DNA of 64,000 nucleotides from Bacteroidaceae bacterium (lineage in GTDB: Bacteria > Bacteroidota > Bacteroidia > Bacteroidales > Bacteroidaceae). Within the stretch, counting starts at the first letter, position 1; every line of letters begins with the position of its first letter. This document shows positions 7,895-16,861 of this stretch, in pieces. Made by a program: the position numbers and the translations under genes. The notes under the pieces are model-generated. The model was not told where the DNA came from, searched no databases, and saw only the letters and a program-made list of their open reading frames with translations. The stretch spans positions 26,192-90,191 of the forward strand of contig JAILQO010000022.1 in the NCBI GenBank assembly GCA_024698925.1, read 5' to 3'.

Positions 7895-9370
7895 TTATTT
7901 CTTAGCAGCTTTCTTGGTGACTTTCTTAGCGGGTGCCTTCTTTGCAGGAGCTTCCTCTTTAGGAGCTTCTACTTTCTTTGCAGGAGCAGCCTTGGGTGTC
8001 TCCTTCTTAGCGGGCGCAGCCTTGGGTGCTGCCTTTTTTGCGGGCACTTTTTTCTCGGAGGCTGGTGCGGCACCTTCAAGCTTCTTGAGGCGTGTCTGCA
8101 GACGCGTGATTTCCTTATCCTTCACATTGATCTCCTCGGCTTGATTGCGGATGGTCGTGAGGAGGGCGTTCAACTCGTCATTCTCAATGTCGGTGGGATA
8201 AAGGGCATTGACACGATTGATGAAATCACCAAGGATATTCATGTAGTTGGTGAAGGCATCGTATGGGCTATCGTAGATGCCGCGCCACATACCAACACTC
8301 ATGGGCTTGGTGGTCATGAAGCGGAAATTGTTGGATGCCTGGATGCGATCCCAGTCTTGTGTGATACGGCGGTCCTTGCAGATAAGGACACGATCAGCAA
8401 CACTATAGAGCTTATTGAAGGCTTCGCGTTGCATGACGTTGCCAAGCCAGCAGCTTGTGTCGCGCTCCTCGTCGTTCCAGGACATCGGATAGGCAACGTC
8501 CATTTGGCCGACAGACTTGGATTTAGCAATGATTTCGCTGGGCGTAGCAAACGTGATGCCGCGTTCCTTTGCAACGGCAGGCAGTGCCTTGATGAATTCC
8601 AGGATGTTGGAGCTTAGGGGCTGGTAAATGCCGAGCGCGCAAAGCTCCATGAAGATGTTGATAACCTTCTCCTCTTCTGGCAGTTGGGCAATCCAGTCCA
8701 TATAGGTGTCAGCAAAGAGCGGATATTCATTCCATGAAGAGTCATTGAAGCGCAGGCTGATGTCATCACTGAGCTTATAGTCGCGCAGTAACAACTTCAG
8801 GTTGGGGTTCTGGGCGCAGTGATATACGAAGTGAGGGCTCTTCCAACCGAGGATGTGCTTGGCACCTTCGGCAATCATTCCCTTGTATCCCATGGAGGCT
8901 ACCAGACCGCCGATATCATCGCTGTAGATTAGCGAACTGTTGCGGAGTACGGTAGGCTTCTTGCCAAAGAGCTCCTTCATCTTCTTGGCTTGACGCTCGA
9001 CCTCATCGCGGAACACATCTTCGTTCGCTAATGAGCTGAGGCCGTGGCTGTAAGGCTCTGCAAGGAACTCGACACAACCGGTATCATTGAGCTCCTGTAA
9101 CATTTCAATCACTTCCGGGGCATACTGCTCCAGCAGCTCCAGCGCACAACCAGAGATGGAGAATGCTACCTTGAAAGCCTTCCCATAAAGATGGGCCATC
9201 TCTAGGAAAGTCTTGATAGCGGGGATGTAAGAACGTTCAGCGGTCTCGGTGATGCCGCGCTCGTTCTCATAATCGTCAAAATAATAGTGATCCTTGCCAA
9301 TCTCGAAGAAGCGGTAGCGCTTGAGATGGACATTCTGGTGGATCTCGAAATAAAGACAGATGGTTTTCAT
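7895..9370 (-). CDS. glycoside hydrolase family 57 (alpha-amylase / alpha-glucan-active enzyme) with a Lys/Ala/Pro-rich C-terminal tail
   Basis: The N-terminus MKTICLYFEIHQ... is typical of GH57. I chose the start at the second Met (9370). A coiled-coil segment precedes a 58-aa AKP-rich tail. Confidence 0.8.
   Translation of the reverse strand: MKTICLYFEIHQNVHLKRYRFFEIGKDHYYFDDYENERGITETAERSYIPAIKTFLEMAHLYGKAFKVAFSISGCALELLEQYAPEVIEMLQELNDTGCVEFLAEPYSHGLSSLANEDVFRDEVERQAKKMKELFGKKPTVLRNSSLIYSDDIGGLVASMGYKGMIAEGAKHILGWKSPHFVYHCAQNPNLKLLLRDYKLSDDISLRFNDSSWNEYPLFADTYMDWIAQLPEEEKVINIFMELCALGIYQPLSSNILEFIKALPAVAKERGITFATPSEIIAKSKSVGQMDVAYPMSWNDEERDTSCWLGNVMQREAFNKLYSVADRVLICKDRRITQDWDRIQASNNFRFMTTKPMSVGMWRGIYDSPYDAFTNYMNILGDFINRVNALYPTDIENDELNALLTTIRNQAEEINVKDKEITRLQTRLKKLEGAAPASEKKVPAKKAAPKAAPAKKETPKAAPAKKVEAPKEEAPAKKAPAKKVTKKAAKK
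7898..8071 (-). repeat. coding low-complexity repeat (AKP-rich histone-H1-like tail of GH57)
   Basis: Tail sequence AAPASEKKVPAKKAAPKAAPAKKETPKAAPAKKVEAPKEEAPAKKAPAKKVTKKAAKK. The DNA shows reiterated gcaggagc / gccttgggtg units. Confidence 0.85.
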
Positions 9371-9427
9371 ATTCCTTGTTGCGGGCACGCCCGCAGTTTA
9401 ATGTTTAACGTTAGTTGTTTAAAGTCG

Positions 9428-10702
9428 CTACTTTTGCAGGCACTGATCATAGAGTTTGCGGATGCGAATGCCGACTTTCTCCCATGTGATGCCATCGACT
9501 TCTTTTTTACCCTCTACCTGAAGGTATTCGTGGAGTGAGTCGTTGGTGCAGAGGGAATACATGGCATCTGCCATTGCCTCAATATCCCAGTAATCGGTCT
9601 TGATGCATTTATCGAGAATCTCAGCGCAACCACTTTGCTTGGAGATGATACTGGGTACGCCGCTTTGCATCGCCTCCAATGGACTGATGCCGAAAGGCTC
9701 TGAGACAGAAGGCATGACATATACATCGGAATCGCGGAATATCTCAAATACTTGCTTACCTTTCATAAAGCCCGGGAAGTGGCAACGGTCTGCAATGCCG
9801 TAGGCGGCAGCCATATCAATCATGGCATTCATCATGTCGCCGGATCCCGCGAAGCAGAAGCGAACATTGCTTGTGCGGTCGAGGACGCGCTTGGCGGCTT
9901 CAATAAAGTATTCGGGACCTTTCTGCATCGTAATACGACCGAGGAACGTGACGACCTTCTCCTTGCGATCCTTGTAGGGCAGACGCTTATCAACAATCTC
10001 TTGAAGCTCAGGTGCCAAGGGATATACAGCATTGTGCATAGCAAAGCACTTGGCGGGGTCCTGACCATAATGATTGATGACTGTCTGGCGTGTCAATTCG
10101 GATACGCACATGATGCAGTCCGCATTGTCCATACCATTGCGCTCAATACCATAGACCGTTGGGTTCACGTTTCCGCGTGAGCGGTCAAAGTCCGTGGCAT
10201 GAACGTGAATCACGAGGGGCTTTCCACTCACTTGCTTGGCATGAATGCCTGCGGGATAGGTGAGCCAGTCGTGGGCATGGATGATGTCGAATTGTTCTGT
10301 ACGTGCTACTACGCCGGCGATGATGGAATAGTTGTTGATTTCCTCTGTGAGGTTGCCGGGATAACCGCCTGCAAACTCCATGCAGCCAAGGTCGTTGACG
10401 TGCATATAATTGAAGTCTGCGTAGAGGTGCTCGCGGAAACGGTAATAGTCATCGGGATTCATGATGTTGCCAATGCGCTGCTTGACATAGTCATAGCTGA
10501 CATCACGCCAAGCGATAGGCACACAGTTCATGCCGATAATCTTGCATGCGGTTTGGTCCTCATCACCGAATGGACGTGGCAGGCACAATAATGTTTCAAT
10601 GTCTCCTTGAGCATGAAGCCCATGAGTGATTCCGTAATTTGCGGTGGCGAGTCCACCAAATACATGAGGAGGATACTCCCAGCCGAACATTAATACTTTC
10701 AT
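9428..10702 (-). CDS. glycosyltransferase family 4 (putative glycogen/alpha-glucan synthase)
   Basis: GT-B fold with the GT4 pattern: N-terminal MKVLMFGWEYPP...GGL, and C-terminal VMPSVSEPFGISPLEAM. It sits between the GH57 and debranching-enzyme genes. Confidence 0.8.
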   Translation of the reverse strand: MKVLMFGWEYPPHVFGGLATANYGITHGLHAQGDIETLLCLPRPFGDEDQTACKIIGMNCVPIAWRDVSYDYVKQRIGNIMNPDDYYRFREHLYADFNYMHVNDLGCMEFAGGYPGNLTEEINNYSIIAGVVARTEQFDIIHAHDWLTYPAGIHAKQVSGKPLVIHVHATDFDRSRGNVNPTVYGIERNGMDNADCIMCVSELTRQTVINHYGQDPAKCFAMHNAVYPLAPELQEIVDKRLPYKDRKEKVVTFLGRITMQKGPEYFIEAAKRVLDRTSNVRFCFAGSGDMMNAMIDMAAAYGIADRCHFPGFMKGKQVFEIFRDSDVYVMPSVSEPFGISPLEAMQSGVPSIISKQSGCAEILDKCIKTDYWDIEAMADAMYSLCTNDSLHEYLQVEGKKEVDGITWEKVGIRIRKLYDQCLQK

Positions 10703-10722
10703 AGTTGCTTGATTTTAGGGAG

Positions 10723-12666
10723 TTAATCCATTATATACTTATCTAATAACTTGACAACGCGCATAATCTCTGCAACATTCATCGCAAAACTCATGGCGCC
10801 GCGTCCGTGGAAGGGCGGGTTGCCGTCGAAGACTTCAGGCAGAGTACCAATGCAGTGGTAGAATAGTTCCTCCTCGTAGCCTACAAGTTGGCGTTCCACA
10901 AAGCTCACGCGAGAGTAACCGAACACCTTGAGGCAAGCCTCCAAATAGAAACCTGCGAGCCAGGGCCAAGCTGTTCCTTGATGGTAAGCATAGTCGCGTT
11001 GAACCTGCGGGCCGACATACATGGGGTTGTAGCCGCCGCTCTTGGGAGAGAGTGTGCGCAGGCCCTTGGGGGTGAGAAGTTCCTTGGTACACATATCGAG
11101 TACGCCTTTCTTTTGTTTCGCGTCTAACGGAGAATAATCGAAGGCGCAGGCGAAAATCATGTTGGGGCGGACGCTCCAGTCAATCATGGTGCCATCGACA
11201 TAGTCTAGCAGGTAACCATAATCGTTGAGGAAGGTCTCCACAAAGCTTTTCTTCGTCTTGTCAGCCATGACTTCCAATGTCTCGGCTTCAGCGGCGTCAT
11301 TCATGTGGCGGCAGACGTTGGCGCTGAACATCAAGGCATTGTACCACAATGCGTTGAATTCTACGATGTAACCGGAACGAGGAACGATGGGCTGCCCGTT
11401 CTGGCTGGAATTCATCCACGTAATCGCTTTGTCGCGTCCGTTAGAATAGACGAGGCCGTTGTCATGAACGTATAGATTGGGATGTTTGCCGGCAATGAGC
11501 CATTTCATGATCTCTTGCAGCAACTGTCCATACTTTTGGATACCCTTGTCCATGCCCACAAACTTGCAGTACTGTTGAATGCACCAAACGGCCCATAACA
11601 GCACGTCTGGGTGCTGCATCTCGTAAATGCGGACACTCAGCGGCGTTCCTGCAATGAACTCGTGAATACCCTTTTCCGCGGTTGCCATAATCCGCTCGAA
11701 CTGATCCTGCTCGTTATTCGTCAGTGTCAGGCCGGGTAGGGAGATGAACATATCGCGCGCACGGCACTTGAACCATGGGTATCCGGCAAGCACGTAGGTT
11801 TCGCCCTCGCGGGAATTGAAGAACTGATGTGCGCTATTAACGAGGCAGTGATAGAAGTTGTCTCGCGGTGTGCGGATTTTGACCTCATAATCAGCCAGAT
11901 CCTTGAGTTTTGCAGGGTTGCATTCCTTGATGCCGGCAGCAAAAACGATGCTCTCACCCTTCTTGATGTCGAACTCAAAATAGCCGGGGACATATAAATC
12001 CTCACTGGATGCGTATCCACGTTCTGCTTCTTTGGGATAGTCAACGCCTCGATACCAATCTGGGCGGAAAACCCATTCTGCTTTCTTGTTGAGCTGCATG
12101 TAAAGCTCTGGATAGCCAGGATACAGACAGGTCTTGATGCCGTTCTTTACTTCCTGATAGTCGCGGTTGGCGCGAGGATTCTCATGTGTAAATTCACGTA
12201 CACTGCGGAACGCGAGCCACGGTTGCAGGCGTAGCGTTGTCTTGGAATGTGCTTCCAAGAGGGTGTAGCGGATGAGTACACGATCCTCGAAATGCTGGAA
12301 CATTAGTTCCTTCTTCAGGATGACGCCTCCTACACGATAGAGCGTTGTTGGCACTTGTTGGCAATCATACTCGCGAATATATTTATGGCCGCGAGGACTG
12401 TAATTGTCTCCTTGATACTTGTGAAGCCCGAGGTTGAATTCAGCGCCATGCTGGATTACAGTGCAGTCGAGCGATGAGAGTAGGACGTGGTTTTCATCGT
12501 CCAACTCCGGCACGGGCACGACAAGCAGACCGTGGTACTTACGCGTGTTGCAGTCCAAGATGGTCGAACATGAGTAGGCTCCGGAACGGTTGCTACGTAA
12601 CACTTCCTTCTTGAGAGCCTCCTCCAAGTTTGTCATCAGGGTCTTGTCAAACTGTAAATAGCTCAT
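10723..12666 (-). CDS. glycogen debranching enzyme (amylo-alpha-1,6-glucosidase, GDE_C type)
   Basis: 647 aa. The N-terminal domain (TRKYHGLLV) and the C-terminal six-hairpin region (HQGTAWPWLAGFYLEA) are typical of bacterial and archaeal GDE. Confidence 0.8.
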   Translation of the reverse strand: MSYLQFDKTLMTNLEEALKKEVLRSNRSGAYSCSTILDCNTRKYHGLLVVPVPELDDENHVLLSSLDCTVIQHGAEFNLGLHKYQGDNYSPRGHKYIREYDCQQVPTTLYRVGGVILKKELMFQHFEDRVLIRYTLLEAHSKTTLRLQPWLAFRSVREFTHENPRANRDYQEVKNGIKTCLYPGYPELYMQLNKKAEWVFRPDWYRGVDYPKEAERGYASSEDLYVPGYFEFDIKKGESIVFAAGIKECNPAKLKDLADYEVKIRTPRDNFYHCLVNSAHQFFNSREGETYVLAGYPWFKCRARDMFISLPGLTLTNNEQDQFERIMATAEKGIHEFIAGTPLSVRIYEMQHPDVLLWAVWCIQQYCKFVGMDKGIQKYGQLLQEIMKWLIAGKHPNLYVHDNGLVYSNGRDKAITWMNSSQNGQPIVPRSGYIVEFNALWYNALMFSANVCRHMNDAAEAETLEVMADKTKKSFVETFLNDYGYLLDYVDGTMIDWSVRPNMIFACAFDYSPLDAKQKKGVLDMCTKELLTPKGLRTLSPKSGGYNPMYVGPQVQRDYAYHQGTAWPWLAGFYLEACLKVFGYSRVSFVERQLVGYEEELFYHCIGTLPEVFDGNPPFHGRGAMSFAMNVAEIMRVVKLLDKYIMD

Positions 12667-12731
12667 AAGTTAGTATTGTTTTTTAGGTATATTTTGTTGT
12701 TAAAACACGCCAAAATGGCTAGTTTTGTCTT

Positions 12732-12739
12732 CAAAAATA
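12732..12739 (-). promoter_or_regulatory. Bacteroidota -7 promoter box (TAnnTTTG on minus strand)
   Basis: Plus-strand CAAAAATA equals minus-strand TATTTTTG, 66 nt upstream of the ATG at 12666. Confidence 0.5.
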
Positions 12740-12813
12740 GCGTTTTCCTCGCATACAAAAAAATTTTTCAGTGAAAACTTTCCGTTACATTTGTCGTTTT
12801 TATCAAAAATACC

Positions 12814-12821
12814 TATTTTTG
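12814..12821 (+). promoter_or_regulatory. Bacteroidota -7 promoter box
   Basis: TATTTTTG, 40 nt upstream of the ATG at 12861. Confidence 0.55.
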
Positions 12822-12860
12822 TGCCGTAAAACATATAATAAACGGTGACTAAATACTCTT

Positions 12861-13562
12861 ATGGCACGAAAAGCACCTAAATTAGAGGACTTCTTGCCTT
12901 ACCTCACGGCCCTCTTCGAATTGCTGAGTCAAGAGCAACGCGATTTGATTATCAAGCATGCCTCGATGCATGTATATAAGAAGAATGAAATCATCTATGC
13001 CGAGGACGATGTCCCCGCATATATGATGTGTCTGGTTTCAGGCAAAGCGAAGATTTTCAAGGAAGGCGTGGGCGGTCGCACACAAATCATGCGTGTGGTG
13101 CGTCCCGTGGGCTATTTCGGTTTCCGTGCAGCCTTCGCGGGTCAGCGATATATCAACACGGCGACAGCGATTGAGTCTTCTGTGGTTTTACGCGTTCCTA
13201 TAGGCACTGTTATACGTCTGATGCAGGAGAATGCACGTTTCGGGTGGTTCTTTACAGAGCGCCTGGCTTTGGAATTGGGCAAGGCCGACGAGCGCGTCAT
13301 CAGTCTCACCCAGAAACATATTCGTGGTCGCTTAGCAGAGTCGTTATTATTCCTGTATGACTGCTATGGTGTGGAAGAGGACGGCTGTACGCTGAGTATC
13401 TATCTGAGTCGCGAAGATCTGGCTAGTCTGTCGAATATGACTACTTCCAATGCCATCCGTACGCTTTCAGCCTTTGCCACCGAGAAGATGGTTGCTGTGG
13501 ATGGACGTAAGATCAAGATTATCGAGCGGGGCAAGTTAGAGAAGATCAGTAGGATTGGATGA
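12861..13562 (+). CDS. Crp/Fnr family transcriptional regulator
   Basis: N-terminal cNMP-binding-like domain and a C-terminal HTH (REDLASLSNMTTSNAIRTLS). Confidence 0.85.
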   Translation: MARKAPKLEDFLPYLTALFELLSQEQRDLIIKHASMHVYKKNEIIYAEDDVPAYMMCLVSGKAKIFKEGVGGRTQIMRVVRPVGYFGFRAAFAGQRYINTATAIESSVVLRVPIGTVIRLMQENARFGWFFTERLALELGKADERVISLTQKHIRGRLAESLLFLYDCYGVEEDGCTLSIYLSREDLASLSNMTTSNAIRTLSAFATEKMVAVDGRKIKIIERGKLEKISRIG

Positions 13563-13622
13563 GGCTCCGCGAAATCACACCTTATTAATATATAGACTTG
13601 CTAAATTACTGAATCATACGAT

Positions 13623-14564
13623 ATGGATATAGCCTCCCGTTGGGGTATCATCTACTGCCCAAAGCAAGGCGTGCGAAGGACGCATAAGCGCTGGGAACAC
13701 ATCAAGGAACTACTTGATGCACAGCACGTGGTTTATGACTTCGTACAGAGCGAAGGACCAGAATCCGTAGAGCGCCTGACGACCATGCTCATCAACAATG
13801 GTTACAAGACGATTATCATCGTAGGAGGTGATTCCGCGTTGAATCGGGCGCTCAATGGCATGTTGTCCATTGATGCCAGCTTGCGCGAGCAGGTTGTATT
13901 AGGTGTGATACCCAATGGTAGAGGAAATAATTATGCCAGTTATTGGGGCTTTACGGAGGAGAATGATGAGCAAACCGTGAAATGGCTGATTGCTAAGCGC
14001 TTGAGAAAGGTTGACGTGGGCGTTATACATCAGTTGGGTGATTCTCTTGAACAGCATGTCCCTGACCGCTATTTCCTTAATTGCGTGAATGTGGGCCTTG
14101 TGGCTAATATCATGAAGCTCAAGTACAAAGCGCGCCGTCTCTTGGGCTTAACAACGCTGACTTATTTTGCCAGTATGTTGATGTTGCTGTTCCAGCGTCT
14201 GGAGTCGAAAATGCGCTTTAAGATTAACGAGGAACAAATCGACAGCAAGATCATGACGGTTTGTGTCGGTAACTGTTTAGGATATGGAATGACGCCTCGT
14301 GCAGTCCCCTATAATGGGATGTTGGATGTCTCCGTGATATCACATCCGGAAATTACGCAGTTGTTCGAAGGCATTTGGCTGTTATTCACGGGACGCTTTT
14401 TAAATCATCGTAAAGTACGTGCCTATCGCACGAATCGTCGAATCCTTTTTGAGGATATTCATCATGCAACAGTGAGTACGGATGGTCTTGTTCTTGATGC
14501 CATCCAGACACCTTTCGAGGTAGGTCTGCTCAAGGAGCACATAGCTTTTATTATACCATCTTAA
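13623..14564 (+). CDS. diacylglycerol kinase family lipid kinase (YegS-like)
   Basis: Motif IIIVGGDSALNRALNG, a variant of GGDGT; the length and domain layout match DAGK_cat proteins. Confidence 0.75.
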   Translation: MDIASRWGIIYCPKQGVRRTHKRWEHIKELLDAQHVVYDFVQSEGPESVERLTTMLINNGYKTIIIVGGDSALNRALNGMLSIDASLREQVVLGVIPNGRGNNYASYWGFTEENDEQTVKWLIAKRLRKVDVGVIHQLGDSLEQHVPDRYFLNCVNVGLVANIMKLKYKARRLLGLTTLTYFASMLMLLFQRLESKMRFKINEEQIDSKIMTVCVGNCLGYGMTPRAVPYNGMLDVSVISHPEITQLFEGIWLLFTGRFLNHRKVRAYRTNRRILFEDIHHATVSTDGLVLDAIQTPFEVGLLKEHIAFIIPS

Positions 14565-14649
14565 GGCATGTTCTAAAAATTAAATAATCTTCTTATGATT
14601 ATCTTTATCCGATTTTGACTCTTTTCGGCATCTTTATCATTAAAACCTT

Positions 14650-14680
14650 AAACCGTAGTTTACTACGCTTCGGCGGTTTT
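14650..14680. terminator. structured bidirectional terminator between convergent genes
   Basis: AAACCG (14650-14655) pairs with CGGTTT (14674-14679) and encloses smaller helices. T-runs lie on both strands. Confidence 0.4.
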
Positions 14681-14722
14681 GCAGACAAATCTGTTCAAAA
14701 ATAGCCCAAAATCTAACTAAAG

Positions 14723-15661
14723 CTAATTATTAGAACCTGCCTTAAGGATCTCTTCAACAATCTCTGTCCTCGGGCGTGTGGCATCAATCCAGTGAATCTT
14801 GACCCCTCGCCGTTCCATGCCTCTGAAATAAGTCATTTGTCGTTTGGCAAACTGATGAATGGCAATTTCTAATTGACGCACCATTTCTTCGTAGCTGATT
14901 TCCCCTATAAGATGTTGTGTCAGATAGCGATATTCCAATCCGTAGGAAATCAGGTCGTCGGCGGCGATGCCGCTGTCCAAGAGCCGTTTAACTTCGTCGA
15001 GCATGTCTTCCTGCTCCAACCTGTGGTGCAGGCGTGCCGTGATGCGCTCCCGTCGTAGGTCGCGTGGAATGTCCAGACCGCAAGTCAGCGATTCCAACTG
15101 TGGGAATGGTTCCGTCTCATCAATGTGGTGTTCGCGATAGTATTCTTCGATTTCGATGGCCCGGATAGCACGTCGTGCAGTATCTACGTCCGTCGTGTTG
15201 TGTAAGCGTTTATAGCTTGCTAGTAGTGTAGTGAGTTCCGAGAGGCTCTTACCCTCCAGCCGTTCGCGGAGCTCCACATTCACAGGAACTTCCACCAACT
15301 TGTAGGCCCGCAGCACACTCTCGATATACAACCCTGTGCCGCCGCATAGGATGGGTTGCTGGTGGCGTGTGGTGATGTCTTCGTAGGCGCGCAGGAAGTC
15401 CCTTTGGAATTCAAAGACAGAGTATTTGGAACCTGCAGGGGCGATATCTATGAGGTGATAGGGAATCTTAACGGTTTCTCCGTCAGGCCTGGTGACCTCG
15501 TAATCCTTCAAGTCCTTGCCTGTACCAATGTCCATCCCGCGAAACACCTGTCGGGAGTCGGCACTGATGATTTCAGCTGCGCCGAGACGGGCAGCCAATA
15601 GGGTCGCTACGGCGGTCTTGCCGCAGGCTGTAGGGCCGAGGATGGTGATGAGTTTATTCAT
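14723..15661 (-). CDS. miaA: tRNA dimethylallyltransferase
   Basis: MNKLITILGPTACGKT P-loop and overall MiaA pattern. I moved the start to the internal Met at 15661 because the upstream extension runs through a promoter box and the gap terminator. Confidence 0.9.
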   Translation of the reverse strand: MNKLITILGPTACGKTAVATLLAARLGAAEIISADSRQVFRGMDIGTGKDLKDYEVTRPDGETVKIPYHLIDIAPAGSKYSVFEFQRDFLRAYEDITTRHQQPILCGGTGLYIESVLRAYKLVEVPVNVELRERLEGKSLSELTTLLASYKRLHNTTDVDTARRAIRAIEIEEYYREHHIDETEPFPQLESLTCGLDIPRDLRRERITARLHHRLEQEDMLDEVKRLLDSGIAADDLISYGLEYRYLTQHLIGEISYEEMVRQLEIAIHQFAKRQMTYFRGMERRGVKIHWIDATRPRTEIVEEILKAGSNN

Positions 15662-15669
15662 ACTGGCGG

Positions 15670-15677
15670 CAAAGGTA
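15670..15677 (-). promoter_or_regulatory. Bacteroidota -7 promoter box
   Basis: Plus-strand CAAAGGTA equals minus-strand TACCTTTG, only 8 nt before the miaA ATG (15661). Confidence 0.5.
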
Positions 15678-15680
15678 ATA

Positions 15681-15713
15681 AAAAAAGGCCGTCCGAATGA
15701 TATCGGGCGGCCA
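15681..15713 (-). terminator. intrinsic terminator of gap
   Basis: Minus-strand stem GGCCGCCCGA / TCGGACGGCC (one mismatch or wobble), followed by TTTTTTT. Confidence 0.85.
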
Positions 15714-15758
15714 AAAAGTAGCAAAAAATATTTCTTGCTGTTTTTTCTAGTGTGTCGC

Positions 15759-16784
15759 TTACTTCAGCTCAGCGAGGTACTTGATAGTGCGAACCATCTG
15801 GCTGGTGTAGCTGTTCTCATTGTCGTACCATGCAACAACCTGTACGAGGGAGTTGCCGTCGCCCATCTTGCTGACCATAGTCTGGTTAGCGTCGAAGAGA
15901 GAACCGAACTTCATGCCGATGATGTCGCTGCTGACGAGCTTCTCCTCGGTGTAGCCGAAGCTCTCGTTGGTAGCAGCCTTCATGGCAGCGTTGATGCCCT
16001 CAACGGTAACCTCACCCTTCACAACAGCGTGCAGGATAGTGGTGGAACCAGTGGGGGTGGGAACACGCTGTGCAGCACCGATCAGCTTACCGTTCAGCTC
16101 GGGGATAACGAGACCGATAGCCTTAGCAGCACCAGTGCTGTTGGGAACGATGTTCTGGGCACCGGCACGTGCACGCTGCAGATCGCCCTTGCGCTGAGGA
16201 CCGTCGAGAATCATCTGGTCGCCAGTGTAAGCGTGAACAGTGGTCATGATACCGCTCTGGATGGGAGCGAAATCGTTGAGAGCCTTAGTCATGGGAGCCA
16301 AGCAGTTGGTGGTGCAGCTGGCAGCGCTGATGACGGTGTCGGCGGGAGTCAGAGTCTTGTGGTTCACGTTGTAAACGATGGTGGGGAGGTCGTTGCCTGC
16401 GGGAGCAGAGATGACAACCTTCTTAGCACCAGCAGCGATGTGAGCAGAAGCCTTCTCCTTGGAGGTGTAGAAACCTGTGCACTCCAGAACGACATCTACA
16501 TCGAGCTTGCCCCAAGGCAGCTCAGCAGCGTTAGGAATAGCGTAGATAGTGATCTCCTTGCCATCAACGATGATGGAGTTCTCTGTAGCTTCAACAGTGT
16601 GCTTGTTCTCGCCGAACTTGCCGCAGAAACCACCCTGAGCGGTGTCATACTTCAGCAGGTGAGCGAGCATCTTGGGGCTGGTGAGGTCGTTGATAGCGAC
16701 AACTTCATAACCTTCAGCCTCGAACATCTGACGGAAAGCGAGGCGACCGATACGGCCGAAACCGTTAATTGCAACTTTTGTCAT
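15759..16784 (-). CDS. gap: glyceraldehyde-3-phosphate dehydrogenase (type I)
   Basis: [17 protein letters not shown] active site, WYDNE. Confidence 0.95.
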   Translation of the reverse strand: MTKVAINGFGRIGRLAFRQMFEAEGYEVVAINDLTSPKMLAHLLKYDTAQGGFCGKFGENKHTVEATENSIIVDGKEITIYAIPNAAELPWGKLDVDVVLECTGFYTSKEKASAHIAAGAKKVVISAPAGNDLPTIVYNVNHKTLTPADTVISAASCTTNCLAPMTKALNDFAPIQSGIMTTVHAYTGDQMILDGPQRKGDLQRARAGAQNIVPNSTGAAKAIGLVIPELNGKLIGAAQRVPTPTGSTTILHAVVKGEVTVEGINAAMKAATNESFGYTEEKLVSSDIIGMKFGSLFDANQTMVSKMGDGNSLVQVVAWYDNENSYTSQMVRTIKYLAELK

Positions 16785-16861
16785 TTTCTCTTGTTGTTTT
16801 AGAAATGAATAAATAAGTAGTTGATGTGTGAAAAACTCTTTTTGGTATTCGAGGTCTCAAT

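Noticed and set aside
7757-8617. A 286-aa ORF antisense to the GH57 3' region and its AKP tail.
   Set aside because: It is the mirror image of the Lys/Ala/Pro repeat (Phe/Leu/Gly/Cys-rich) and crosses the operon terminator. The sense GH57 reading is well supported.
12765-12777. The palindrome TTTTCA-G-TGAAAA in the intergenic region between the Crp gene and the glycogen operon.
   Set aside because: It is short and lies in a very AT-rich stretch where such symmetry arises by chance. It does not match TGTGA-N6-TCACA or TTGAT-N4-ATCAA well enough to call a Crp/Fnr site.
14696-14703. A minus-strand TATTTTTG box just downstream of the miaA stop, which could define a ~45-nt transcript ending at the 14650-14680 hairpin.
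   Set aside because: No ORF or convincing RNA lies between the box and the hairpin. The hairpin is explained as the terminator of the convergent genes, so the box is probably a chance match in AT-rich DNA.
15516-16802. A 428-aa ORF antisense to gap and the 5' end of miaA.
   Set aside because: The same codon-aligned antisense effect applies. The ORF also runs across the gap terminator and the miaA promoter. The sense genes are unambiguous.
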